Shown here: one piece after another, positions 42,644 to 51,831 of the stretch
Numbering within the stretch: the stretch's first letter is position 1
How the letters are laid out: each line of letters begins with the position of its first letter
Source: an uncultured Actinomycetes bacterium
GTDB taxonomy: Bacteria; Actinomycetota; Thermoleophilia; Gaiellales; Gaiellaceae
DNA: 64,000 nucleotides
Reading direction: 5' to 3'
Assembly (NCBI GenBank): GCA_963792135.1
Contig: CAWBVD010000003.1
Span: 90,707 to 154,706 of the forward strand
Notes under the pieces: model-generated
What the model saw: the letters and a program-made list of their open reading frames with translations, nothing else
Databases searched by the model: none
What the model was told of the DNA's origin: nothing
Made by a program: the position numbers and the translations under genes

Positions 42644-42676
42644 CCGGTGGAGGCGTCACGAGGACGCCTCCACCGG
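42644..42676 (-). terminator. Perfect 14-bp stem-loop between the SBP and ATPase genes (CCGGTGGAGGCGTC-5 nt-GACGCCTCCACCGG)
   Basis: Read directly. Anchored by the SBP stop at 42694-42696. This is the same architecture as the hairpin at 24681-24711. Confidence 0.5.
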
Positions 42677-42693
42677 CGATCGAACGTTCGCGT

Positions 42694-43762
42694 CTAGCAG
42701 TACTGCTTGTAGTCGCCGACGCAGACCTCGCTCTTCTTCAGGAAGCCCTGCGTGAAGAGCTGCGTGTAGTTCTTCTTCGTGATCCAGACGACCGGGATCG
42801 TCAGGGTCGGTTCCTTCACCTTGCCGTTCGGCCGGAACGTGTTGGTCTTCACCTTGACGCCCTTGATGAGGGCGACCGCAGCCGCGGCCGTGGCGTTCGC
42901 CTCGTCGGGGACGTACTTGTAGACCGTGCCCGTCTGCCAGCCGGCGAGGATGTACTGCACGCCCTGGGCGGTCGCGTCCTGGCCGCTGAGCGGGATCGGC
43001 TTCAGGCCCTTGGCCTTCAGGTCGGCGACGACCGCGCCGGCGATGTTGTCGTTCGCCGCGATGGCGCCCTGGATGTTGTTGTTCGTCTTGACGAGCATCT
43101 GCGAGAAGATGGTCGCGGCGTTGTTCGCATCCCAGTCGGGGACGAACTGCGTCGGGCCCTTCTTCAGCGCGCCGCTCGAGAAGAGCGGGTTGAGGACGGC
43201 GTCGTTGCCGCTCTTGAACCAGAAGGCGTTCTGGTCGGTCGGGCCGCCCCAGAGCTCGGCGACCGTGCTGTTCTTGTTGTACGTGCCGTTCGCCTTCATC
43301 GCGGCGATGATGCCGTTGGCCTGCGCCTCTCCGACCGACTTGCCGTCGAAGGTGACGTAGACCTTGGCGGTAGCCGCCGAGCACCTGGCGGTCGTAGTCG
43401 ATCGCGTACCCGCCGCCGTCGGTGAACAGCTTCTCGATCGCCGCGGCGGAGCCGTTGTCGAGCGCGGTCTCGATGACCACCTTGGCGCCGGCTGCCAGGC
43501 ACGCCTGGGCCTGCGCCTTCTGCTTCGTCGGGTCGTTCAGTGCGTTGTTGATCGACGCCGTCACGCCGGCCTTCTTGAAGGCCGCCTTGAACGCCGGTGC
43601 GTCGAACTGCACCCAGCGAACGGAGGACTTCGTGTCCGGCAGCAGGACGCAGACCTGGACGCTCGCCTTGTGCGACGCGCCCGCACCGGCAACGACGCCG
43701 ACGGCCGCAACGGAGACGACCAGCAAAGCCGCCGCCCTAAGAATGTTTCTCCTCACGTGCAT
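42694..43762 (-). CDS. Sugar ABC transporter substrate-binding protein (XylF/ChvE-like), one +1 break near 43370
   Basis: Signal MHVRRNILRAAALLVVSVAAVG (GTG 43756 has better spacing to AAGGAG). ..VCVLLPDTKSSVRWVQFD.. The protein continues in ORF 42694..43299. Confidence 0.8.
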
Positions 43763-43914
43763 CTCCTTCGTATCTTCATGTCGGGGATATCCTGCACTCT
43801 TCGCGCAGCACTCGCGGGCGCCGGGCGTCTTGCAGAAACCTCTCGCAAATACCACGCAGAGTCAAATCGAGACGTTCTCCTCCTTGGTTCGCGGTCCCAT
43901 GTGAGCTTTGACGC

Positions 43915-45129
43915 TCAACCGGCCACCATGGTTGTCATGTCACCGTGCAGCGCGGCGAGCCCGGCCGAACGGAGCCGGTCGGTATCGCCGATCACGAGGG
44001 CAAGCGCGCCGAGCACCTCGGCCCGTTCGCCCAGAACGCCTGCCCTCAACTCGAGCGCTGCCCGCACAGGCGGCAGAGCGTAGCGGTCGAGCGCCTCGCG
44101 GATCCCGTTCAGGAGCGGGCCCGCAGCGACACCGAGGTCGCCGCCGACGATCACTCCCGACGGGCTGAGGAAGTTGCAAAGCCCGGCGATGACCCGGCCG
44201 ATCTCGTGGCCGGCATCCGTCACCACCCGCTGGGCTCCCGCGTCGCCGGCGTCGAGCAGCTCGACGAGCCGGCGAACGTTCAGTCCTGCCCCGTGCGCGG
44301 GACGCAGAAGGGACAGGACGGCATCGGTCGACGCCACGGTCTCCAGGCAGCCGCGGTTGCCGCAGCGGCAGACGGCGCCGTCTGCGCGGACGTTGACGTG
44401 CCCGAGCTCGCCGGCGGCACCGGTCACTCCGCGGTGGAGCTTCCCGTCGAGCACGATGCCGGCGCCGACTCCCGAGGAGACCATCACGTAGATGACGTCG
44501 GAAAGGCCCCTGCCGGCGCCGAACGACACCTCTGCGAGCGCGCCGAGGTTCGCGTCGTTGTCGACCGAGACCTGGAGGTCGAGCCGTTCCGTGAGCTCGT
44601 CGACGGCGTTCAGCCCGGCCCAGCCGGGCAGGATCACCGTCGAGCCGACGGTGCCGTCGCGGTCGACGGGGCCGGACAGCCCCACGCCGGCGCCGACGAC
44701 GCGGGAGCGCTCGATCCCGGCTTCCTCGAGGACGGCGGCGACGAGGCCGGCGGCCGCGTCGAGCGCGGTCGTGGCCGCGTGGTCGACGTCGAGATCCTGC
44801 GTGCGCTCGGCGAGCACCGTGGACGACAGGTCGGCGACGGCCACCCGGACGAGGCGGTGGTCGAAGTGGATCCCGACCACGGCCCCGACGGAGGGGTCGA
44901 GCCGCAGGAGGGTCGGCGGCCTGCCCCGCCCCTGGATCTCGCCGAGCGGCTGCTCGACGACGAGGCCCTTTGCCTGAAGGTCGCTGACGAGGGTCGTGAC
45001 GGTGGTGCGCGAGAGGCCCGTGTGCCTCGCGATGTCGCTCCGGCTGGCGGTCCCCCTCTGGCGCAGCGCATCGATCACACGCAGCCGATTCAGCTCACGC
45101 AGAGCTTCCAGCGATCCCGCCGTCGCCAT
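43915..45129 (-). CDS. ROK family transcriptional regulator
   Basis: In-frame ATG at 45129. wHTH ..ASRSDIARHTGLSRTTVTTLVSDL.. and the ROK zinc motif GELGHV..CRCGNRGCLE. Confidence 0.85.
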   Translation of the reverse strand: MATAGSLEALRELNRLRVIDALRQRGTASRSDIARHTGLSRTTVTTLVSDLQAKGLVVEQPLGEIQGRGRPPTLLRLDPSVGAVVGIHFDHRLVRVAVADLSSTVLAERTQDLDVDHAATTALDAAAGLVAAVLEEAGIERSRVVGAGVGLSGPVDRDGTVGSTVILPGWAGLNAVDELTERLDLQVSVDNDANLGALAEVSFGAGRGLSDVIYVMVSSGVGAGIVLDGKLHRGVTGAAGELGHVNVRADGAVCRCGNRGCLETVASTDAVLSLLRPAHGAGLNVRRLVELLDAGDAGAQRVVTDAGHEIGRVIAGLCNFLSPSGVIVGGDLGVAAGPLLNGIREALDRYALPPVRAALELRAGVLGERAEVLGALALVIGDTDRLRSAGLAALHGDMTTMVAG

Positions 45130-45230
45130 CGCCGAACATAGTCCCTCTTTCCGGCAATCTTTGTCAAGGCCTCGTCGAAAATCGGCGACAAACTCCGGCG
45201 ATATCCGACGGAGCGCGTGACTAATCGAGG

Positions 45231-46548
45231 TTACGAATCGTCGTGGTCGCGCTGATCCTCGGCGGCGTGGGCGACGTGCGTTCCAGCCGAACGTGACCGT
45301 CAGGCGGTCGATGCGCTGGCCGTCGACGGAGTCGACCTTGAAGACGATCCCGTCATGCGTCACCTCGTCGCCCGGCTCGGCGGCGCGGCCCAGCCGGCCG
45401 AGCACGAAGCCGGCGATCGTGTGGTAGTCCTCGGCCGGCAGATCGGAGCCGAACTCCTCGTTGAAGTCGTCGATCCCGAACGTGCCGTCGATCCGGATCG
45501 TGTCGTCGTCGACGCGCTCGACCGTCTCGTCCGGGAGGTCGAACTCGTCCTCGATCTCGCCGACGATCTCCTCGATGAGATCCTCGAGCGTGACGATCCC
45601 CTCGACCGCGCCGTACTCGTCGATCACGATCGCCATGTGCTGGTTCGTCCGCCGGAACTCCGTGAGGAGGGCGGCGATGTCCTTGGTCTCCGGCACCATC
45701 GTCGCGGGCCGGACCAGGTCGTCGAGGTCGAGGGGGACGACGTCGGGGTCGTGCATCGCCCGGACGAGGTCGCGGACGTGGAGGATGCCGACGATCTCGT
45801 CCAGCGATCCCCGGTAGACCGGGTAGCGCGTGTACGGCGAAGCGAGCACCTCCTGAAGCGCCTCGCCCGGCGGCAGGTCGACCGACAGGGCGACGACCTC
45901 GGGCCGCGGCACCATGACGTCCGCGACCTCCTTGTCGGCGAAGTCGAAGACCTTGTAGAGCATCTCCTGCTCGCCGACCGCGATCTCGCCCTGCTCGGCC
46001 GAGCTCGAGAGCAGCATGCGCAGCTCGGCCTCGGAGTGAGCCTCGTGGTCGGCCCCGGGCGGCTGCTGGCCGAGCAGGTTGAGCACGAGCTCGGTCGCCC
46101 GCTGCAGGAGCCAGATGAACGGCCGGAAGATCATGAAGAACGCGCTCACGGGGGCGGAGAGGCGCAGCGCGGTCGTCTCCGGGTGCCCGAGCGCGATCCC
46201 CTTCGGCACCAGCTCGCCGAGCACGACGTGCAGGAACGTGATGATGAGGAGCGAGAGGATCACCGCGATCACGGCCGCGATCCACGGCTCGAACAGGTGG
46301 GCGAACAGCGGCTCGCCCAGGGCGCCGATGGCCAGCGAGGTGATCGTGACGCCGAGCTGCATCGCCGCGATGAAGTGCGGCGGGTCGCCCGTGATCTTCA
46401 GTACCGTCCGCGCGCGGCGGTTGCCCTCGCGCTCGAGCTCGCGGATGCGCGTGCGGCGCGAGGTGACGAGGCCGTACTCGGCCGCGACAAAGAGCCCGTT
46501 CAGCAGGATCAGGCCCAGAAGGGCCAGCACTTCGAAAGGAACGGTCAT
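45231..46548 (-). CDS. CNNM/CorC-HlyC family protein (DUF21-CBS pair-CorC_HlyC), one +1 break near 45290
   Basis: DUF21 N-terminus, CBS pair, CorC ..IDGTFGIDDFNEEFG..GIVFKVDSVDGQRIDRLTVTF. The true tail SAGTHVAHAAEDQRDHDDS* (TAA 45233-45231) lies in the next frame. Confidence 0.85.
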
Positions 46549-46649
46549 GCGCCTCGGGGAGCGCGGTTGGATCGCGACGGGTCGTCGTCCAAGCTCGTGC
46601 GCATGGTATCGGAGCCTCCGGACACGAACGTGTGTTCTATGCTATCGAC

Positions 46650-47564
46650 ATGCGCGCCGAGTACCGGATCGAGACGTGTCGCTCGGCGCTCAACCGCGTC
46701 AAGGGCATGCCCTTCAACTGGTCGCTGAACCCGTACATGGGCTGCGTCCATCGCTGCACGTTCTGTTACGTGAGAGCGTTCGAGCAACGCGCCGACCGGC
46801 CGAGCGGCGCGGAGTACGGCACGTCGATCCGCGTCAAGGCGAACATCGCCGACGTGCTGCGGCGCGAGCTCGCACGGACGTCGTGGCAGCGCCAGAGCAT
46901 CGCGATCGGCGCCGCCACCGATCCCTATCAGCCGGCCGAGGGGCGCTTTCGGCTCACCCGCGCCTGCATCGAGGTGCTCGCGTCGGCGGCGAACCCGTTC
47001 GGGCTGATCACGCGCGGGCCGATGATCGTGCGCGATCTCGACGTCCTGGCCGAGGCGGCGCGGCGCGCGGAGGTCTCGGTCACCTTCTCGGTTCCGACGC
47101 TCGACGTCGAGGTCTGGCGGCGGACCGAGCCCGGAACGGCGCCCCCGCGCCAGCGGCTGCGGGCACTCACGATGCTCGTGGACGCCGGGATCCGCGCCTC
47201 GGTCGGCATGGCGCCGATCCTGCCGGGGCTCTCCGACCGCCCGGAGCAGCTTGCCGAGGTCGTCAGGGCCGCGCGCGACGCGGGCGCATGCGGGATCTGG
47301 GCGAACCTGCTCCACCTGCGGCCCGGCACGCGCGAGCACTTCCTCGGGAGCCTTGCCTGCGACTGGCCCGAGCTCCTGCCCGAGTACGAGCGGCTGTACG
47401 CCTCGCGCGCCTACCTTCCCAACGCGGACACGAAGCCCGTGCGCGAAGCCGTGCGCGAGCTCGCCTCCCGCCACGGCATCGGCGACCGCCGCCGCACCAA
47501 GCTCGCCCCTCCTCCGCCGGAAGCGCAGCCTCCGATGCAGCTTCAACTTCAACTTGCGATCTGA
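46650..47564 (+). CDS. Radical SAM protein (SplB-like, COG1533-type)
   Basis: NPYMGCVHRCTFCY CxxxCxxC cluster motif. ATG 46650 sits 6 nt after a TATGCT -10-like hexamer (possible leaderless start). The ORF opens at GTG 46632. Confidence 0.8.
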   Translation: MRAEYRIETCRSALNRVKGMPFNWSLNPYMGCVHRCTFCYVRAFEQRADRPSGAEYGTSIRVKANIADVLRRELARTSWQRQSIAIGAATDPYQPAEGRFRLTRACIEVLASAANPFGLITRGPMIVRDLDVLAEAARRAEVSVTFSVPTLDVEVWRRTEPGTAPPRQRLRALTMLVDAGIRASVGMAPILPGLSDRPEQLAEVVRAARDAGACGIWANLLHLRPGTREHFLGSLACDWPELLPEYERLYASRAYLPNADTKPVREAVRELASRHGIGDRRRTKLAPPPPEAQPPMQLQLQLAI

Positions 47565-47582
47565 TCTGCCGACAACCGTAGG

Positions 47583-48242
47583 TTGCAACCGATCTCAACC
47601 ATACAATCGCTCCAGGTGGGCGAGGAAGAGATCACGACGCTGATCGTCGACGACCACGAGGTCGTCCGCGAAGGGCTGCGTCTCTCGCTCTCGCGTGCCC
47701 CCCACATTCGAGTCGTCGGTGAGGCGTCCGACGGGGCCGCCGCCGTGGACCTCGCGCTGCGCCGCAAGCCGGACGTCGTGATCATGGACGTCCGCATGCC
47801 CGGCATGGACGGGCTCGAGGCCGCCCGGCAGCTCTCGGAGCAGCTCCCCGAGACGAAGGTGCTGATCTTCACGGCGTACTCGGAACGCTCGCTGCTCGGC
47901 CGCGGTTTCGAGTCGGGCGCGAAGGGCTACGTGCTCAAGGAGGCCCCGCACGGAACGCTCGTGCGGGCGATCGAGAAGGTCGCCTCCGGCGAGGGCTACG
48001 TCGATCCGGCGCTGATGCCGCAGTTCCTGGCGGGCCGCGACCAGAGCGAGATGCTCACGCCCCGCGAGCGCGAGATCCTGCAGCTTCTGGCCGACGGGCT
48101 CTCGAACGGCGACGTCGCCGAGCGGCTCTGCATCTCCCAGGAGACTGTCAAGAGCCATGTGCGCCACATCCTCACGAAGCTCGAGGCCGACACGCGGACG
48201 CAGGCTGTCGCGATCGCCCTTCGCGAGGCGATGATCGACTGA
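47583..48242 (+). CDS. LuxR/NarL-family response regulator (no kinase gene adjacent)
   Basis: Receiver LIVDDHEVVREGL..VVIMDVRMPGMDG..K, and a C-terminal LuxR HTH LTPREREILQLLADGLSNGDVAERLCISQETVKSHV. The start is TTG 47583 or GTG 47616. Confidence 0.85.
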   Translation: MQPISTIQSLQVGEEEITTLIVDDHEVVREGLRLSLSRAPHIRVVGEASDGAAAVDLALRRKPDVVIMDVRMPGMDGLEAARQLSEQLPETKVLIFTAYSERSLLGRGFESGAKGYVLKEAPHGTLVRAIEKVASGEGYVDPALMPQFLAGRDQSEMLTPREREILQLLADGLSNGDVAERLCISQETVKSHVRHILTKLEADTRTQAVAIALREAMID

Positions 48243-48257
48243 TCTACCATCGAACAG

Positions 48258-48462
48258 ATGAGCGAGAACGGCACCCGGCCCCGGCTACCTGCTCTTCGCC
48301 TGGTCACCCGACGGGTACGCCCTCGTCGAGCGCGACGGCGACCTGCCGCACGTCGGGGCCGAGATGCAGGACGACGGCTACGTGCTGTCGGTCGTCAAGG
48401 TCGGCCCGTCGCCTCTTCCGGGTGACAGCCGCCGCTGCGTCTACACGGTCGGCTCTCGTTAG
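48258..48462 (+). CDS. Small hypothetical protein (about 67 aa) readable only if the CCCC run at 48279-48282 is CCC
   Basis: ATG 48258 MSENGTRP, then the high-GC3 frame GYLLFAWSPDGYALVERDGDLPHVGAEMQDDGYVLSVVKVGPSPLPGDSRRCVYTVGSR*. It overlaps the ferredoxin tail by 68 nt. Confidence 0.4.
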
Positions 48463-48757
48463 CCGAGTTCTGGACGTTGAACTCGTCGGCGTACGAGTCG
48501 ACGAGCGGGTTCACGGCGTCCATGCCCTGCTCGAAGGCGTAGTTGATCTTCACGAAGGGCTCCCACTTCTCGGGGAGCGCGTCCTCGGGGAAGATCGCCT
48601 CGACCGGGCACTCGGGCTCGCAGGCTCCGCAGTCGATGCATTCCTCCGGGTCGATCACGAGCATCCGCGACGCCTCGTGGATGCAGTCGACGGGGCACAC
48701 GTCGACGCACGAGCGGTCTTTGATGTCGATACAGGGCTCCGAGATGATGTACGTCAT
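48395..48757 (-). CDS. fdxA: 7Fe ferredoxin (FdxA type)
   Basis: MTYIISEPCIDIKDRSCVDVCPVDCIHE..CIDCGACEPECPVEAI: classic 3Fe-4S plus 4Fe-4S cysteine pattern. The last roughly 20 aa have lower GC3, so the 3' end is uncertain. Confidence 0.85.
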   Translation of the reverse strand: MTYIISEPCIDIKDRSCVDVCPVDCIHEASRMLVIDPEECIDCGACEPECPVEAIFPEDALPEKWEPFVKINYAFEQGMDAVNPLVDSYADEFNVQNSANESRPCRRSGGCHPEEATGRP

Positions 48758-48764
48758 TCCGGAG

Positions 48765-49079
48765 TCACTCTACCGGGGTCAATAAGCCTCCGATCAGTTC
48801 CTCCGTGCGCTCGAACAGGGCCGATTTGGCCACCACCTGGTCGAACCCGGCGGCATGGGCGCGCCGTAGGCCGGTCGTGTCAGTGTGGTTCGTGAAGCCG
48901 AGGATCGCGACGTCGGGGTAGTTGTCGGCCACGTCGTCCGGGTCGACGCGGCTCACGTCGGCGATCACCAGATCGGGCGGATCGATCCCTTCCACCGTCA
49001 GCAACCGGTGCTCGGAAAGCAGCCCCTCGAGCTTGCCGCGAAGGAAAAGGTCGACCCCGACGAGCATAATCCTCGCCAT
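48765..49079 (-). CDS. Small receiver-like (CheY-fold?) protein, hypothetical
   Basis: In-frame ATG at 49079. MARIMLVGVD..DLVIADV..ILGFTNH..VVAKSAL loosely follows the receiver beta-alpha pattern. Confidence 0.45.
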   Translation of the reverse strand: MARIMLVGVDLFLRGKLEGLLSEHRLLTVEGIDPPDLVIADVSRVDPDDVADNYPDVAILGFTNHTDTTGLRRAHAAGFDQVVAKSALFERTEELIGGLLTPVE

Positions 49080-49099
49080 TGGTGAGCCGGATCTTATCG

Positions 49100-49810
49100 C
49101 TAAGAGGAGTGCAAACCGACCTTCTGGAACAGCTGATCGAGCGCGATCCGGAGCCACCAGTCGCGGTTGAAGAAGAGCAGCAGCCCCAGGGTGATCAGGA
49201 TCACGCCCGAGGCGATGCGCAGCGCCTGGTAGTGCCGGCGGATCCAGCGGAACGCCTGCATCGCATGGGCGAACGCGACGCCGGCGAGGACGAACGCCGC
49301 GCCGAGGCCGAGCGAGTAGGCGAAGAGGAGGATGATGCCGCGGACGACGCCGCCGCTCGAGCTTGCGAGCACGAGGATCGAGGCCAGGACGGTGCCGATG
49401 CACGGTGCGGCCACGATCGCGAAGGCGCCGCCGAGGAGGACGGCGGAGCCCGTCCGGCGGGCGTGCGTGGCGAGCCCTGGCACGACCGTCCGTTCCGGCC
49501 AGGGCAGGAGCCCGACGAACGCGAGCCCGAGCACGACGAGGATGAAGCCGGCGATCGTGGTCTGGGTCGTCTTGTCGACCGTGCTCGCGACGGCCGCGGC
49601 GGCGGCGCCCAGCAGCACGAACACGACCGTGAAGCCGGCGATGAACGGAACGCTGGCGGTGACGACGCGGCGGCCTGCGCCGCGCTCCCCGAGGTGCTCC
49701 ACCTCGACCGCGGAGACGGCCGAGAGGTAGCCCGGCACGAGCGGCAGTACGCAGGGCGTGATCACGGAGATGAGCCCCGCGATGAACGCGACCGGGATCT
49801 TCGCGATCAT
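49100..49810 (-). CDS. ccdA: Cytochrome c biogenesis thiol:disulfide transporter CcdA (DsbD family)
   Basis: 236 aa, 6 TM spans. ISVITPCVLPLVPGY and IVAAPCIG conserved Cys motifs. Confidence 0.85.
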   Translation of the reverse strand: MIAKIPVAFIAGLISVITPCVLPLVPGYLSAVSAVEVEHLGERGAGRRVVTASVPFIAGFTVVFVLLGAAAAAVASTVDKTTQTTIAGFILVVLGLAFVGLLPWPERTVVPGLATHARRTGSAVLLGGAFAIVAAPCIGTVLASILVLASSSGGVVRGIILLFAYSLGLGAAFVLAGVAFAHAMQAFRWIRRHYQALRIASGVILITLGLLLFFNRDWWLRIALDQLFQKVGLHSS

Positions 49811-49812
49811 TG

Positions 49813-50289
49813 TCAGGTATCGAAGCGGGCGAGCTCCTGGTCGACCCGGAGCTCGAGGCTCGGCGGCAGCGCCGGCTCGGACGGCGCTTCGTCGTCCGGC
49901 GAGTCCTCGTCGCGGTTCTTCAGCCAGGCGCGCGCCCCGACGCCGACGGCGGCCGCACCGAAGACGATCGTCGCGAACGGCAGCAGCCAGGCGAGCAGGT
50001 CGAAGCCACTCGTGCGCGGCGTCGAAAGCACCTGCGGGCCGAGCTCGGCGACGAAGTGGTCGTCGATCTGCTTCTCCGTCCAGCCGGCCGCGAGCTTCGC
50101 CCGGATGAACGCCTTCATCTGCTGCGCAAGCGGGGAGCTCGACTCGTCGAGCGGCTCGTGGCAGGTGGTGCAGACGAGGCCCGCCTCCACCTGGGCCTGC
50201 GTCGGGTGCTTGCTCTCGTGCGACCTGAAGGCGAAGGCGAGGCCGAAGACGAGCGCCAGGATGGCGAAGGCGGCGGCGAACGGCTTCAC
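49813..50289 (-). CDS. ccmH: CcmH/NrfF-family cytochrome c maturation protein
   Basis: Signal peptide, LVCTTCHEPLDESSSPLAQQMKAFIRAKLAAGWTEKQIDDHFVAELG (CxxC plus helical pattern), and a C-terminal TM span. Confidence 0.75.
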   Translation of the reverse strand: MKPFAAAFAILALVFGLAFAFRSHESKHPTQAQVEAGLVCTTCHEPLDESSSPLAQQMKAFIRAKLAAGWTEKQIDDHFVAELGPQVLSTPRTSGFDLLAWLLPFATIVFGAAAVGVGARAWLKNRDEDSPDDEAPSEPALPPSLELRVDQELARFDT

Positions 50290-50867
50290 GAGGCGCCGCG
50301 CGCCGAGGTCGGGTTCAGCGCCGCGCGGATCCCGAGATCCAGCAGCTCCTCGGTTGCGGGCCCGATGATGTGGCCGACCTGGTTCGTCTTATTGGGCGGC
50401 AGCGGGATCACTCGGCCGGTCCGGTCGATGAAGAACGTCTCCGGGTAGCCCGTCACGCCGTAGTGGCCGATCAGGGGCCCGTCGTCGGCGATCACCGGGT
50501 ACGTGATGTCGAAGCGCTTCATGAACTTGGTCGCGGGGCCGGACAGATCCTGCTCGTCGACGCCGACGAAGACCACCGGCTTCCCGGCCCACTTCTTCGC
50601 GACCGCCGAGACGACCGGCGCCTCGCGCGTGCACGGCGGGCAATACGACTGCCAGAAGTTGAGGACGACCACCTTGCCGCGCAGCGACGCGAGGCTCACC
50701 GTGCCCGGCGTGCCGACGCGCGACCGCGAGAACGGGTACGCGGGGACGATCTGCTGCTTGTCGACCTTCGCGGCGAGCCCCTTGGGGTTGTGGACGACCT
50801 TGTAGACGAGAAGACCGAGCAGCGCGAAAACGACGACGACGGAGGCGATCTGGGCGCCGCGACGCAT
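50286..50867 (-). CDS. TlpA/ResA-like thioredoxin-fold thiol:disulfide oxidoreductase
   Basis: In-frame ATG at 50867 (overlaps the ldt stop). N-terminal TM span, VVLNFWQSYCPPCTREAP CxxC motif, GVTGYPETFFID. Confidence 0.8.
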   Translation of the reverse strand: MRRGAQIASVVVVFALLGLLVYKVVHNPKGLAAKVDKQQIVPAYPFSRSRVGTPGTVSLASLRGKVVVLNFWQSYCPPCTREAPVVSAVAKKWAGKPVVFVGVDEQDLSGPATKFMKRFDITYPVIADDGPLIGHYGVTGYPETFFIDRTGRVIPLPPNKTNQVGHIIGPATEELLDLGIRAALNPTSARGAS

Positions 50868-51826
50868 CAGACGATGAAGACCGTCGTGCCCACACGCACG
50901 TGGTCGTACAGCCACTCGGAGTCCACGACCTGCATCCTGATGCACCCGTGGGAGGCGTTCCAGCCGATCGAGCTCGGCGCGTCGGTGCCGTGGATCCCCA
51001 CGCCGGGCGCCGAGAGGCCCATCCAGCGCGTGCCGAGCGGGTTGTCCGGCCCGGGCGGAACGGGGCTGAGGCCCTGCGCCCAGGCGTCGTACGTGGGCGG
51101 ATACCACCACGGGTTCATCTGCTTGACCACGATCTGGAACCGTCCCGAAGGCGTCGGGTACACCGCCTGGCCGGTCGCGACCGGGAAGATCCGCCACACC
51201 TCGTTGTCGGAGTGGAAGAGCGTCAGCCGGTTGGTCGAGCGGTTGATCAGGATGACCGCCCCGTAGCTCTCCGACGTGAGCGCGGGGACCGTCTTGCTCG
51301 TGCGCACCCCGAGCGGCTGCCGCGTGTTCGCGGTCAGCGAGTGCACCACCCGCAGGACGAGCGCGCCCTGGTCGAGCTTCGCGCCGTCGGCCTGCGGCTT
51401 GATCCGCGGCCGGCCCGCGACGAAGGCGAGCGAAGCGCTCCGCGGCTTGCGGTCGAAGCGCCGCCCGAGCGCCGACACCGCCTCCCGGACGGCAGTGCCG
51501 CGAACCGACACGACGAGCTTGATGTTCTTGCCGCTCTTCGCCGAGCGCGCACGCGCGATCGCGGGCGCGATGTAGGCCTTCGCGAGCCGCGCGGGATGCA
51601 GCTGGATCTTCTCGCCGTTGACCACGACGGTCAGGGGCTTTCGGAAGGCTTGACCCACCGCCGACGTGGCCGCGCCAGGCGTCAGCCCGCCCACGCGGAT
51701 CCCGGCGACGCGAACGCCGGACGGCACAGCATGTTTGTTCGTGCTCGCGAGAGCGGAACCGGCGAAAAGAACGACCCCCGCCGCACCGATCACCGCCACG
51801 AGCAAGGCTTGGAGACCCCTGTTCAC
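50867..51826 (-). CDS. L,D-transpeptidase (YkuD domain)
   Basis: GTG 51826. Signal/anchor. C-terminal YkuD ..FPVATGQAVYPTPSGRFQI..GIHGTDAPSSIGWNASHGCIRM. Confidence 0.85.
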   Translation of the reverse strand: MNRGLQALLVAVIGAAGVVLFAGSALASTNKHAVPSGVRVAGIRVGGLTPGAATSAVGQAFRKPLTVVVNGEKIQLHPARLAKAYIAPAIARARSAKSGKNIKLVVSVRGTAVREAVSALGRRFDRKPRSASLAFVAGRPRIKPQADGAKLDQGALVLRVVHSLTANTRQPLGVRTSKTVPALTSESYGAVILINRSTNRLTLFHSDNEVWRIFPVATGQAVYPTPSGRFQIVVKQMNPWWYPPTYDAWAQGLSPVPPGPDNPLGTRWMGLSAPGVGIHGTDAPSSIGWNASHGCIRMQVVDSEWLYDHVRVGTTVFIV

Positions 51827-51831
51827 GGCTC

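Noticed and set aside
45135-45167. TTGACA (45162-45167, minus strand) plus TATGTT (45135-45140) as a full sigma-70-type promoter for the ROK gene.
   Set aside because: The spacer is 21 nt, too long for a -35/-10 pair. Only the -10-like hexamer and its leaderless spacing are retained as a weak observation.
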